From: Candidatus Pacearchaeota archaeon
GTDB taxonomy: Archaea > Nanobdellota > Nanobdellia > Pacearchaeales > GW2011-AR1
Assembly (NCBI GenBank): GCA_018303885.1
Contig: JAGVXG010000001.1
Span: 11,746-75,745 of the forward strand
Reading direction: 5' to 3'
Length of the DNA stretch: 64,000 nt
In this document: one piece after another, positions 1-9,068 of the stretch
How the letters are laid out: each line of letters starts with the position of its first letter
Numbering within the stretch: the first letter of the stretch is position 1
Notes under the pieces: model-generated
The model's database searches: none
The model's input: the letters and a program-made list of their open reading frames with translations, nothing else
What the model was told of the DNA's origin: nothing
Translations under genes and position numbers: made by a program

Positions 1-2
1 TC

Positions 3-194
3 GCCAAAGGAATAAGCAAATTCATGACTCCGGAAAAAACAGTGCTGGTTATTACGCATTACAAAAGAATTCTTGAACACCTAGAACCAGAGAAAGTTTC
101 AGTGATGGTTGATGGAAAAATTGCTTTTGAGGGCGATAAAAACCTTGTTCAAGATTTAGAACAGAAAGGATATAGTTGGATTGATAAAAAATAG
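3..194 (+). CDS. sufC: Fe-S cluster assembly ATPase SufC, C-terminal fragment (gene starts upstream of window)
   Basis: Frame 3 translates ...VLVITHYKRILEHLEPEKVSVMVDGKIAFEGDKNLVQDLEQKGYSWIDKK*, typical SufC C-terminus; stop at 192-194. Confidence 0.6.
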   Translation, partial: AKGISKFMTPEKTVLVITHYKRILEHLEPEKVSVMVDGKIAFEGDKNLVQDLEQKGYSWIDKK

Positions 195-359
195 TTACTT
201 TTTCTTAACCTGTTTTAATAGCCAAAGTATTACAAGAACTAAGACTATTACAACTAAAATTTTATAAATTAAACCGAAAATTGCCATTAGCAGATAAAAT
301 GCGAGAATTACCACTAAAATCATCACAATCCACCAAACAATTGACTCGTTTTTCATTTT

Positions 360-584
360 TTACTTCTGAATTTGTCTTGCAAGCCAAACAATGAAGAGAA
401 CTAGAGCAACTAAAATTAAAACTCCATAAAGCCAGCCAAAAAACATCATTCCAGAGCCATAGGTTCCGTACATCATTCCCATCATTCCGCCATATCCACC
501 GAAGCCCATTCCAACCCCGCCAAATATCAAAACTAAAACTGCTACTATGACAATTACCCAAACCATTGTTTCATTGTTTTTCAT
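360..584 (-). CDS. Small Gly/Met/Tyr-rich membrane protein (paralog of 3256..3483)
   Basis: 74 aa; TM helix - GGYGGMMGMMYGTYGSGMM - TM helix, ends ...QIQK; close paralog 2.9 kb away shares MKNN..W.I..VAVL start and QIQK end. Confidence 0.5.
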   Translation of the reverse strand: MKNNETMVWVIVIVAVLVLIFGGVGMGFGGYGGMMGMMYGTYGSGMMFFGWLYGVLILVALVLFIVWLARQIQK

Positions 585-622
585 TATACTCTTAGTCTTT
601 TAGGTTATTTAAATATTCCTGG

Positions 623-826
623 CTATTGATTTTTATTATGTATTCCGAGAACATTGTGGAGCCAGCAATATCCGGTAAAGCTTTCAAGAAGAGCAATTAA
701 GGCAACTACAATGATTACCCAGTTAACCCATACAGTATTTGTTCTCAGAGCCCATGGTCCAAGCCACCAAAAAGCTAATAAAAATCGCAAAACACGATCG
801 GTTTTTCCTAAGTTTTGTTTCACCAT
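623..826 (-). CDS. DUF2892 (YgaP-like) small membrane protein
   Basis: 67 aa; N-terminal N.GKTDRVLRF and C-terminal TGYCWLHNVLGI resemble DUF2892 signature (G.CP.Y..LGI). Confidence 0.45.
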   Translation of the reverse strand: MVKQNLGKTDRVLRFLLAFWWLGPWALRTNTVWVNWVIIVVALIALLESFTGYCWLHNVLGIHNKNQ

Positions 827-881
827 TTACTTCTATGACCTCCTTTCAAATGCGCAAGCGTTTGATTTGAATTTTATTATT

Positions 882-2888
882 TCAAATCTTCTTCCTTCTC
901 AAAAGATTTGCATTTGTCACGACTGTTATTGATGAAAGAGCCATGGCTATCTCTGCAACAATTGGATGAAGCAAACCCGCGACAGCGACAGGAATCGCGA
1001 CTATGTTATATGCGAATGCCCAAAAAAGATTTTGTTTTATTTTTTTGAAAGTTGCCTTGCTTAGATTTATTGCCTGAACAACACCTACAAGAGAGCCACG
1101 CGCCAGAACAATATCTCCTGATTCTATTGCAATATCTGTTCCTGTTCCCATTGCAATTCCAACATTGCTTTGCTTTAGCGCAGGAGCGTCATTAATTCCG
1201 TCGCCGATAAAAGCAACAAATCCTGATTTTTGCAATTCTTCAACTTTTCTTGCTTTGTCTTCTGGAAGAACATTTGCTATGACTTCTGAAATTCCACATT
1301 CTTTTGCTATTGCCTTAGCAGTTTTTTCATTGTCTCCTGTAATCATCATTGTTTTATATCCTTGCTTATTTAATGAGGCAATCGCTAATATAGAATCTTC
1401 TTTAAGAGCATCTGCGACAGCAATAATGCCTATTACTTTTCCTGATTCTGCTACAATCATCGTTGTTTTTCCTTCTGACTCAAAGTCTGAAATTCTAGAC
1501 TCAAAATTCTTAAAAGAAATTTTCTTTTCGTTCATTAGTGTTCTATTACCAATAACAATTTCACTTTTTCCTATTTTTCCTTCGACACCCCTGCCCCTTA
1601 AAATCCTAAAACTTTTGACTTCCTTATATCTTCTTAATTTTGCCTTTTCAACAATTGCTCTTGCAATTAGGTGCTCGCTCAGTTTTTCAAGAGACGCAGC
1701 AATTTCTAGAAGATAATTTTCCTTGACGCTTGATATTATATTTGTGACTTCTGGCTTTCCTTTTGTGATTGTTCCTGTTTTGTCAAAGACAACTATCTTA
1801 ACATGCTTCATTGTCTGCATTGCCTCTCCCTTTCTTATTAGGATTCCATGCTTGGCACCCATTCCAGAGCCGACCATCAAAGCGGTTGGTGTTGCCAAAC
1901 CGAGGGCACAGGGGCATGCAATAACAAGAACAGAAACACTTGCGGCGATTGCTCTACTTAAATCAGAGCTAAAATAAAACCAACCAACGAATGTCAGGAT
2001 TGCAAGAACTAAAATTGATGGAACAAAAATACTAGTGATTTTATCTGCTAAAACCTGGATAGGAACTTTTTCACTCTGCGCTTCTTCAACAAGTTTTATT
2101 ATATGCGCCAGGAATGTGTCTTTTCCGATTTTTGTTGCTTTAATGTAAAGAATTCCGTCTTGGTTTATCGTAGCACCTATCACATTTGAGCCTTTGGTTT
2201 TTTCAACAGGCAGGCTTTCTCCAGTAACCATAGACTCATCAATACTGCTTTCTCCTTTAACAACGATTCCGTCTGTTGGAATTTTTTCACCTGGTTTAAC
2301 AATAAGGACATCGCCAATTTTAATTTCGGAAACGTCAACTTCAAATTCTTTATTGCCCTTTAAAATTCTTGCTTTTTTTGCTCCGAGCTCAAGAAGTTTT
2401 TTAATTTCCTGGCTGGCTCTTCCACGGGCTTTGGCTTCCACATACTTTCCAGTTATGTAAAAAGCCATAATCATTGCAGCAACTCCTGAATAATCCTGGA
2501 TTGAAGAAAACAAACTGAATAAACCAGTTAAATAAGCAACAAGAGTTCCCAGAGCAATAAGAGAATCCATATTAAAATAAAATGTAAACAACCCTCGCAT
2601 TCCTCCCCTAATCGTCGACCATCCAAAGATAAAGAGAACCGGGAAACCTATTGCTAGAATAAGGAAGGTAGTGTACTCCATTGAAAAAAATTGAATTCCA
2701 AAAATCCTTTCTGATAACATAAGAAAGGCAACAGGGACTGCGAAAATCCAAGATCCAGTCATCTTTCTTTTCCATTCATCTATCTCTTCGTCTTCTATTG
2801 GAGCATCGTGGTGATGCTCTAAATCGATCACGCTTGGGCGATTTTCTTTGTCCATTCTCATTTTGTGTTTTTCGTGTTTGTGTTGCAT
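882..2888 (-). CDS. copA: Copper-translocating P1B-type ATPase (CopA), His-rich N-terminus, no fused HMA domain
   Basis: 668 aa; CPC motif [12 protein letters not shown], phosphorylation site FDKTGTIT, hinge [12 protein letters not shown]-like TGESLPV; N-terminal [10 protein letters not shown]...HHH. Confidence 0.9.
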   Translation of the reverse strand: MQHKHEKHKMRMDKENRPSVIDLEHHHDAPIEDEEIDEWKRKMTGSWIFAVPVAFLMLSERIFGIQFFSMEYTTFLILAIGFPVLFIFGWSTIRGGMRGLFTFYFNMDSLIALGTLVAYLTGLFSLFSSIQDYSGVAAMIMAFYITGKYVEAKARGRASQEIKKLLELGAKKARILKGNKEFEVDVSEIKIGDVLIVKPGEKIPTDGIVVKGESSIDESMVTGESLPVEKTKGSNVIGATINQDGILYIKATKIGKDTFLAHIIKLVEEAQSEKVPIQVLADKITSIFVPSILVLAILTFVGWFYFSSDLSRAIAASVSVLVIACPCALGLATPTALMVGSGMGAKHGILIRKGEAMQTMKHVKIVVFDKTGTITKGKPEVTNIISSVKENYLLEIAASLEKLSEHLIARAIVEKAKLRRYKEVKSFRILRGRGVEGKIGKSEIVIGNRTLMNEKKISFKNFESRISDFESEGKTTMIVAESGKVIGIIAVADALKEDSILAIASLNKQGYKTMMITGDNEKTAKAIAKECGISEVIANVLPEDKARKVEELQKSGFVAFIGDGINDAPALKQSNVGIAMGTGTDIAIESGDIVLARGSLVGVVQAINLSKATFKKIKQNLFWAFAYNIVAIPVAVAGLLHPIVAEIAMALSSITVVTNANLLRRKKI

Positions 2889-3003
2889 TTTTAAATTAGT
2901 TCACTTCGTTCACCTATTAATTTATATTGCTAATATAAAACCCCCTATAATTTACTAAAATATTTTTAGCATTAAAATTTAATCTTAACATCATTAACAT
3001 TTT

Positions 3004-3222
3004 TTATTCAAATTCCACTGTTTTTGCTTCATAACCTGCTCTTTTGACAGCTTTTTTTAATTCATCTTCTGAAACAGAATCTTCACATTCCGCGGTTCCT
3101 TTTTTCAGCAACAAAGACACGTTTGCGTTATTTACACCAGGTGTTTTGCGCAAACTTCTTTCTATGTTTGAAGCGCATGAAGCGCAGTGCATTCCATGAA
3201 TTGTTATTTTTGCTTTTTTCAT
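3004..3222 (-). CDS. copZ: Heavy-metal-associated (HMA) copper chaperone, CopZ-like
   Basis: 72 aa; GMHCASCASNIE (MxCxxC) ferredoxin-like HMA fold. Confidence 0.8.
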   Translation of the reverse strand: MKKAKITIHGMHCASCASNIERSLRKTPGVNNANVSLLLKKGTAECEDSVSEDELKKAVKRAGYEAKTVEFE

Positions 3223-3255
3223 TTTGTTATTTTTTGGTTGGTTAAATTTAGAGGT

Positions 3256-3483
3256 TTATTTTTGAATTTGTTTGACTAGCCAGGCAATGAATAGCACTAA
3301 AGCAATAACAACAAGAGTCATGAAAAGCCAGCCAAAAACCCACATCCCACCCCAATTCATCATATTATTATAGCCCATCATTCCACCATATCCCCCATAT
3401 CCTCCCCAACCCATGGTGAAACCTAAGAAGAGAAGAACGGCAACCGCAATAATAATCCATGTTAAAGCCTGATTATTTTTCAT
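3256..3483 (-). CDS. Small Gly/Met/Tyr-rich membrane protein (paralog of 360..584)
   Basis: 75 aa; TM - GWGGYGGYGGMMGYNNMMNWGGM - TM, ends ...KQIQK; overlaps ArsR stop by 4 nt (operon). Confidence 0.55.
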   Translation of the reverse strand: MKNNQALTWIIIAVAVLLFLGFTMGWGGYGGYGGMMGYNNMMNWGGMWVFGWLFMTLVVIALVLFIAWLVKQIQK

Positions 3484-3860
3484 TTTTCCTTACCCCCTTT
3501 CATATTATGTAATATATGAATACAATAAAGAGACATGTGCTTATCTATCAATTCAATTAATGGCTTTATTGTTTCTTCATTTAGCCAATAATAGCGGAAT
3601 TTGCCATTAACCTCGACATTAACAAATCCACATCTCTTTAACCTAGATAAATCGTGCGAGACAGAAGTTTGGTCCATTTTCAACTCTTTCATAATTTCAG
3701 AAACATTTTTCTTTCCGCTTCTAAGTAAATTAATAATTCTTAACCTTGATTCAGAGACTAACGTTCCAAAAAATATTTTATAGGCGTTATAGACATCAGA
3801 CTCTGCAAGGTGTTCATGATGTTTATGCTCAAAATGCTTTAATATAGATTTGCTTATCAT
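3480..3860 (-). CDS. ArsR/SmtB-family metalloregulatory transcription factor
   Basis: 126 aa; wHTH ...RLRIINLLRSGKKNVSEIMKELKMDQTSVSHDLSRLKRCGFV..., His-rich N-terminus; first gene of cop operon. Confidence 0.8.
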   Translation of the reverse strand: MISKSILKHFEHKHHEHLAESDVYNAYKIFFGTLVSESRLRIINLLRSGKKNVSEIMKELKMDQTSVSHDLSRLKRCGFVNVEVNGKFRYYWLNEETIKPLIELIDKHMSLYCIHILHNMKGGKEK

Positions 3861-3885
3861 ATGAAAATGTGATACATATGACTAT

Positions 3886-4341
3886 TTAAATATTTCGCTT
3901 CTTTAAGAAATATAAACTGGTCAGCAAGATAATAACAACTAAAACCTGTATTTCAATTCCCTGAAAAGGCAGAGAAGCAAAGGAAAAACCTATTCCAAGT
4001 AATCCTAGGGCTAAAGGAACAAGCCCTGTAACACACAAAGGGCAAACACCGACAATCAAGCCACCAACACTTCCTGCTCCGGCCAAGACTTTACCCTCTT
4101 TACATTTTTTTCTTTCTTTGTGTAAGATATAAACGTAGACTGCATTCAGGGCAACCAAAAACCCAATAGCTAAAGTTAAAACCAAAGATATTCCTAATCT
4201 AAACCAGTCAACAGTTGAAGCGTATAAAATAATCAAAGGAATTGTGTTATCAAATCCACTGATGAAAATGTTCAGAACTAAATATAAAATAAAAATTGCA
4301 AAAAACCAATATAAATATGGCTCCTTAAAAATTCTTTTCAT
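3886..4341 (-). CDS. Polytopic membrane protein with intramembrane CPLC motif
   Basis: 151 aa, about 4 TM; GVCPLCVTGLVP in TM helix. Confidence 0.45.
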   Translation of the reverse strand: MKRIFKEPYLYWFFAIFILYLVLNIFISGFDNTIPLIILYASTVDWFRLGISLVLTLAIGFLVALNAVYVYILHKERKKCKEGKVLAGAGSVGGLIVGVCPLCVTGLVPLALGLLGIGFSFASLPFQGIEIQVLVVIILLTSLYFLKKRNI

Positions 4342-4343
4342 TT

Positions 4344-4727
4344 TTATTCCACTATGATGGTTCCATAGCCCATTCCCATAGAACAGGCAAATCTAAATGT
4401 TCCTTTTTTTGTGGGGGTAAAATCAATTGTCTCACTTGGGGTTTTCACATACTTTGAAACACCAAGGTCTTTTATTGTGAAACTTCTTAAGCAGCCTGTG
4501 ACAGATTTATCAAGAGTTATACTTACGGGTTTTCCAGATTGCACCTTTATTGTATTCGGATAATAGTTGTAGTCTTTTGTTCCTAATACAACTTTTTGGA
4601 CTTCTCCTTGAACAACATTTTTCGGAATATCTGTATTTTCTTGAGTTGTTCCCCCCTTCAGAAGAAGAAACCCTGCAATCGCTATTAAAATAAAAATGCT
4701 AATCATATAAAAAATATTTTTTGCCAT
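4344..4727 (-). CDS. Cupredoxin-like (Cupredoxin_1 family) secreted copper protein
   Basis: 127 aa; N-terminal signal anchor; ...KVQSGKPVSITL...TGCLRSFTIKDLGV...GTFRFACSMGMGYGTIIVE matches cupredoxin_1 pattern. Confidence 0.6.
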   Translation of the reverse strand: MAKNIFYMISIFILIAIAGFLLLKGGTTQENTDIPKNVVQGEVQKVVLGTKDYNYYPNTIKVQSGKPVSITLDKSVTGCLRSFTIKDLGVSKYVKTPSETIDFTPTKKGTFRFACSMGMGYGTIIVE

Positions 4728-4730
4728 TTT

Positions 4731-5414
4731 TTATTGGAACAACAAGCTCCTTGGTCCAAAAACCATAAACCATGTTGTTACTGCAGTGAGCATGAAACTC
4801 CATGAAATTGTGAAAAATTCATTATCTTTGTGTTTTCTTTCCATTTCTCTTGTTTCAGTATATATCATATAATTCAATCCAAAGAGAATAAATCCTGAAA
4901 TCATGAAAACAACCGCTCCCGCAACCCTTAGATTGTCATTGAGCATCATTATAGCTGTCATTCCACCCATTATTCCACCCATGAAGCCAGCCATCATTCC
5001 TTCCATTGCCCCCATTATTCCACAGCATTTTCCATTCCATACGCCAAATAAAATTCCAAAGGACATTCCGACAACACTTCCCCAAAACATTCCATTAGTA
5101 GAAGCAATAAAAAACCCAGGCAAAAATCCAGAGATCATTCCTATTGTCATTCCTATCATCATTCCAGACATGCATGAAAATTCCTTATAAGCTCTGATAT
5201 GCTTTACAGAAAGCAGAATAAGGGAGTAGCTTAGTACAGCAAAAAACAAGAAAAACCCGTATTTTGGAATAAAGTTCTCGATGTATCTAAGCCTGACAAA
5301 AAAAAGAATTCCTAATAGGATAAACGAGGTGACTAGTGAAACGAAAATGGTTTTAACTAACTCGCCTTCAACTTTGTCGTTATTCAGTGATTTTATGAAA
5401 TCTTTTACAGGCAT
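4731..5414 (-). CDS. Met/Gly-rich polytopic membrane protein
   Basis: 227 aa; repeated GMxxGM motifs (MSGMMIGMTIGMISG...CCGIMGAMEGMMAGFMGGIMGGMTAIMM). Confidence 0.5.
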   Translation of the reverse strand: MPVKDFIKSLNNDKVEGELVKTIFVSLVTSFILLGILFFVRLRYIENFIPKYGFFLFFAVLSYSLILLSVKHIRAYKEFSCMSGMMIGMTIGMISGFLPGFFIASTNGMFWGSVVGMSFGILFGVWNGKCCGIMGAMEGMMAGFMGGIMGGMTAIMMLNDNLRVAGAVVFMISGFILFGLNYMIYTETREMERKHKDNEFFTISWSFMLTAVTTWFMVFGPRSLLFQ

Positions 5415-5561
5415 GAAAATTTCAGGAAATTTCCATATATAAAGGTTTATATGAAACTAGTTTTGGATTTAATCTTTATGTCCAGACTAGTTTACTTTAG
5501 ATTTACTTCTATCATTTATTTATTAATTAAAAGTTAACAATAATAAACTTGCCCACTTTCT

Positions 5562-5828
5562 TTAGTTCAATTTGTTGTATATTACAGCAAAAAGCCAGCC
5601 TAAGACAAAGCCTATAACAATAACTTCTACAAATCCTAGAATTGCAGAGCCAATTGTTATGTTACTTGCCTCTATTTGGTTTAAATCAATGCCATGAAAT
5701 ATTGCCCCAAAGAAATTTATTGTAAATTCCTTTGCAATAAGAACAAGCAATAAGCATGTAAGAGAAACAATTCCTGCTACGCTTGCTAAAGCATATCCTG
5801 CTGCTTTTGGTTTTATTTTTTCTGCCAT
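5562..5828 (-). CDS. Hypothetical membrane protein
   Basis: 88 aa, 2-3 TM. Confidence 0.4.
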   Translation of the reverse strand: MAEKIKPKAAGYALASVAGIVSLTCLLLVLIAKEFTINFFGAIFHGIDLNQIEASNITIGSAILGFVEVIVIGFVLGWLFAVIYNKLN

Positions 5829-5861
5829 CTTTCACCCCCTTTTATTTTAATTTAAGTTCAT

Positions 5862-6071
5862 TTAAGTCAAACATTCCCTGTATATATTCGGATGATGACT
5901 CATGTGCTCTCTCCAGGATTCTTCAGTGTAGCCCGGTGCTGGCTTGCACTTTTCACTTGCTATTTTTCCAGAATCTTTCCAAGCCTGAATAACTCCTGGA
6001 AAAAAAGTTAACACTAATAGCCCGATGATTAATAACCCTGCTATTATGTATAATATTATTTTTTTGTCCAT
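5862..6071 (-). CDS. Small membrane-anchored protein
   Basis: 69 aa; N-terminal TM, C-terminal Cys/His residues. Confidence 0.35.
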   Translation of the reverse strand: MDKKIILYIIAGLLIIGLLVLTFFPGVIQAWKDSGKIASEKCKPAPGYTEESWREHMSHHPNIYRECLT

Positions 6072-6536
6072 TTAATGATACGAAACCCCCAAATTTTTCA
6101 TCTTTCTTTTATGTTTAATCATAATAGAGATTCCAATTAAATTAGACAACAATCCAACACCCAGAAACCACTTTTGATATGCTGTTAAAAAAACTGCAAT
6201 CCCAGAAAGCCCAACAATAGGAATAATATTCAGCAAAAAATGGCTGCAGCATGCAATCATGCTTCCCGCAGAAACACCTCCTGTTCCAGCAACTGTTCCA
6301 GTAAGTGCGGCAGTGTGCTTAATAGAAGCATAAAGCCCGATTTGTGTTCCAAACCCTGCTGCAAGAGGGAAAATTAAATACCACAAACTTCTTAGGTTAA
6401 GGAAGGCAAAATCAATTCCTTGAAAAATCGAGACAACTGTTAAGTAAAATAATAAAAGTCCAAGCCCTGCAAGAATTCCATACAATACTGAATTGTTTTT
6501 CACCACTTTTTTATTTTTTACCATTTTTTGCAGCAT
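6072..6536 (-). CDS. Hypothetical membrane protein
   Basis: 154 aa; 4 TM; IACCSHF motif. Confidence 0.45.
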   Translation of the reverse strand: MLQKMVKNKKVVKNNSVLYGILAGLGLLLFYLTVVSIFQGIDFAFLNLRSLWYLIFPLAAGFGTQIGLYASIKHTAALTGTVAGTGGVSAGSMIACCSHFLLNIIPIVGLSGIAVFLTAYQKWFLGVGLLSNLIGISIMIKHKRKMKNLGVSYH

Positions 6537-6985
6537 TCTATAAGTTTAGTTGAAAAAGTTTTGAATTTTTTATTAGTTCTAAATAAATAAATCAATAGGA
6601 AAATTAGCCATAATGCTATTATAAAAATCAAGCTGCTAAGACTAAAACTTTCTAGAATAAAATATATGGCAAAAATAAATGTTAACAATAAAGGCAGTCT
6701 AAAAACTTTGAATTTTTCTTTGGTTTTTTTCTCCCATAGATAAAAAATGCCAAGAGAGGTGTGCCCCATCAATATTGCTATTATGGTTTTATCTATGAAA
6801 ATGTTTAGAAAATAAGATATTAAAAGTAAAACCCATACGAGAGTAATTGAAATGCATATTGCACAAAACTTTTTTAGATTAAAGATATTTTTCAGTACTA
6901 ATAGTATAAAAAACAGTATAACAATTCCTATTAATACTGTTGTTATTGTATCCATTAGATTATTTTCCTCCCGGATTCTTCCCAC
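6518..6985 (-). CDS. Hypothetical membrane protein
   Basis: 155 aa; polytopic; overlaps neighbours at both ends (operon). Confidence 0.4.
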   Translation of the reverse strand: MGRIREENNLMDTITTVLIGIVILFFILLVLKNIFNLKKFCAICISITLVWVLLLISYFLNIFIDKTIIAILMGHTSLGIFYLWEKKTKEKFKVFRLPLLLTFIFAIYFILESFSLSSLIFIIALWLIFLLIYLFRTNKKFKTFSTKLIECCKKW

Positions 6986-7863
6986 GCATTCATTCCACCG
7001 TCTAAGTCATAAATCTTTTGATAACCCATTTCCTTAAGATCTTCGGCTACGGCTTCTGACATGCGCCCGCTTCTGCAATAGACAGCTATGGGAATAGAAG
7101 TATCCTTAGGTAATTTGTCCATATACTTTTCAATGTTTTCCCAATCTTCAATTATTTCATCAGTTCCATCAATTTGACCCTGATAAGGAGTATGAACATT
7201 TAGTAAAAAAACACCTTCGTTCTGAATGACTTTCTCAAATTCGCTCGGAGATAAACGCTCAATCGATCCTGTTACAACACCACTTCCCAAATTTGTCAAA
7301 CTAAGTTGTATAATTCCTCCAGCTATTATTAATAATAAGAGTGTTAATATAACTCCTTGAAAAGGAATTAGTTTTCCTTTTCTTAATTTAGTGAGGGTTT
7401 TGCTTAATTTTGGAGACGAAAGTACCAAAATTCCTCCTAAAGCACTTGATACCAAAGAGTAATTAACTGCATATGTTTTTCCGTATTCTCCGATGAAAGA
7501 GAGGTATAGTGGCCCTATAGCTTTGAATAGTGGAATCAAAGGGATTACTGTAGTCAAAAATATTAGTAAAATAATTATAGTTTTCTGAAATGGTATGTAT
7601 CTTTTTTTAGGGATTTTTGAAAACCACATTCCCATTGACATTGCAAAAGCTCCAATAAACAAAGCAACTACTACCTTACTTACGCCAAGCCAGATTGCAC
7701 CAACTCCGGCTGCTCCAGCCCCGATTGTACATAGAGGGCAGTGTGCAGAAACTTGTTTTACTAAGAAAATTGCTAAAACTGTTAAAACAGGAAAGATGAA
7801 AATTTTTTTTTGCATTTTATCTGATGAAACTAAATACCAATAAAATAACGAGGAGAATAACAA
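6955..7863 (-). CDS. Membrane protein with CPLC motif and C-terminal rhodanese (sulfurtransferase) domain
   Basis: 302 aa; SAHCPLCTIGAGAAG in TM1; C-terminal ...VYCRSGRMSEAVAEDLKEMGYQKIYDLDGGMNAWEESG rhodanese active-site loop. Confidence 0.7.
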   Translation of the reverse strand: MLFSSLFYWYLVSSDKMQKKIFIFPVLTVLAIFLVKQVSAHCPLCTIGAGAAGVGAIWLGVSKVVVALFIGAFAMSMGMWFSKIPKKRYIPFQKTIIILLIFLTTVIPLIPLFKAIGPLYLSFIGEYGKTYAVNYSLVSSALGGILVLSSPKLSKTLTKLRKGKLIPFQGVILTLLLLIIAGGIIQLSLTNLGSGVVTGSIERLSPSEFEKVIQNEGVFLLNVHTPYQGQIDGTDEIIEDWENIEKYMDKLPKDTSIPIAVYCRSGRMSEAVAEDLKEMGYQKIYDLDGGMNAWEESGRKII

Positions 7864-7974
7864 TGATCCACATTAACCATGAACTTTTCTTCTCTGAGTT
7901 ATTTTGGTTATGACTCTCGTTACTGTTTTGCTTTCCATGCGAATGACTCGAATGATTTCCGCAGCAGCTCATTT

Positions 7975-8454
7975 TTATATCCTTATAAATTCGCTGTAGC
8001 TTCCGTCATAGTTTACAGCGTAAATTACGAAGGCGCCTTGCTTTTGACCAGGCATTCCCGGGCTTCCCGAAGGCATTCCAGGCATTGCAATTCCTGCTAT
8101 ATCTGGCTGTTCTTTAAGAAGTTTTTCAACAGCTTCTAAAGGAACATGCCCTTCAATGAAATAATCTCCAACAATTGTAGTATGACAGCTTTGGAGTGCA
8201 ATAGGAACGCCATATTGCTTCTTTATTTTGTCAGAGTTCTGAATGTCGATAATGTTTACTTTAGTGGAAACTTTTCCATCGACGTAACTTGAATAAACAT
8301 CACAGCATCCGCAAGTTAAAGATTTGTATATGTCTACTTTCTCGGCGTTGTTAATATTTTCAAAAGAAGCCGCGCCAGAACCCTTTGAAAATAAGAGGAC
8401 TGCTGCTAAGAAAATAAATACTATTACTATTCCGAACAATAAACTTTTTTTCAT
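7975..8454 (-). CDS. DUF411 / CopG-like copper-binding protein
   Basis: 159 aa; signal anchor; CxCC motif (TCGCCD), QSCHTTIVGDYFIEGHVP, Met-rich GIAMPGMPSGSPGMPG. Confidence 0.75.
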   Translation of the reverse strand: MKKSLLFGIVIVFIFLAAVLLFSKGSGAASFENINNAEKVDIYKSLTCGCCDVYSSYVDGKVSTKVNIIDIQNSDKIKKQYGVPIALQSCHTTIVGDYFIEGHVPLEAVEKLLKEQPDIAGIAMPGMPSGSPGMPGQKQGAFVIYAVNYDGSYSEFIRI

Positions 8455-8458
8455 GTTA

Positions 8459-8722
8459 TTAACATCCTCCTACCATTCCGCCAGAAGATCCGGCTGACGT
8501 GCTAGCTTTTCCCACACGAGAAGGAATTGTTCCGTGCATTTCATAATTCATTATTTCGTTCTCTGTCCAACCAGTTGTGTCTATTTTTGCGTTTAATTCT
8601 GAAATTGAAGCTCCTGTACCTGAAGACCCTAATTTAAACGCAAAAAAAACCGCTATTAAAAATAATGCTCCAATAACTGCCCACAATACTATTCTTCTTT
8701 CCATTTTAATCAAAATTAACAA
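8459..8722 (-). CDS. Small membrane-anchored protein ending in -SSGGMVGGC (likely start at internal MERRIVLW)
   Basis: 87 aa; TM anchor; C-terminal tail SAGSSGGMVGGC shared with two adjacent genes. Confidence 0.55.
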   Translation of the reverse strand: MLILIKMERRIVLWAVIGALFLIAVFFAFKLGSSGTGASISELNAKIDTTGWTENEIMNYEMHGTIPSRVGKASTSAGSSGGMVGGC

Positions 8723-8985
8723 CCTCCGACCATTCCACTAGATGAAGCTGCGCTTGCTGCAGCATTTGTTGTAGAACCTATACTTTCAGCTCCAACATTG
8801 CTTCCTGTTTGGAATATAAGATACAAAGCAGCCAAAAACAAAATTCCTATAGCAACCCACAACACCATTCTTCTTTCCATTTTAAAATTCCCTCCTTTCA
8901 TTTGGCTTTCAGACGAATGACCCATTTCTGTTTTCTTTAAGTCTTTACAACATCCATGGTCTTTTTTTGTTTTGCAAGATTCCAT
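8716..8985 (-). CDS. Small membrane-anchored protein ending in -SSGMVGGC; N-terminal Cys/His-rich segment
   Basis: 89 aa; MESCKTKKDHGCCKDL..., TM anchor MERRMVLWVAIG, tail AASSSGMVGGC. Confidence 0.55.
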   Translation of the reverse strand: MESCKTKKDHGCCKDLKKTEMGHSSESQMKGGNFKMERRMVLWVAIGILFLAALYLIFQTGSNVGAESIGSTTNAAASAASSSGMVGGC

Positions 8986-9068
8986 TTTATTTTTTTCTCC
9001 TATGTTTATTTTTAATTTTAAAAGGGGAAAAGGAGGTAAGACTTGTAAAAAATAAAGTAAATTTCATC

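Noticed and set aside
262-561. 99-aa minus-strand ORF overlapping 360..584 in another frame
   Set aside because: The 360..584 frame has a clear paralog at 3256..3483. The competing frame has no such support and contains odd W/N/R-rich sequence.
654-2460. Plus-strand ORFs 654..932, 1165..1716, 1723..1977 and 2194..2460 lie antisense to the CopA gene region; 654..932 also overlaps the DUF2892 gene
   Set aside because: Three lie entirely inside the well-supported copA gene and 654..932 overlaps its 3' end. Their translations are low-complexity, rich in Ser, Leu, Phe and Ile, as is typical of reverse-frame artefacts in AT-rich DNA.
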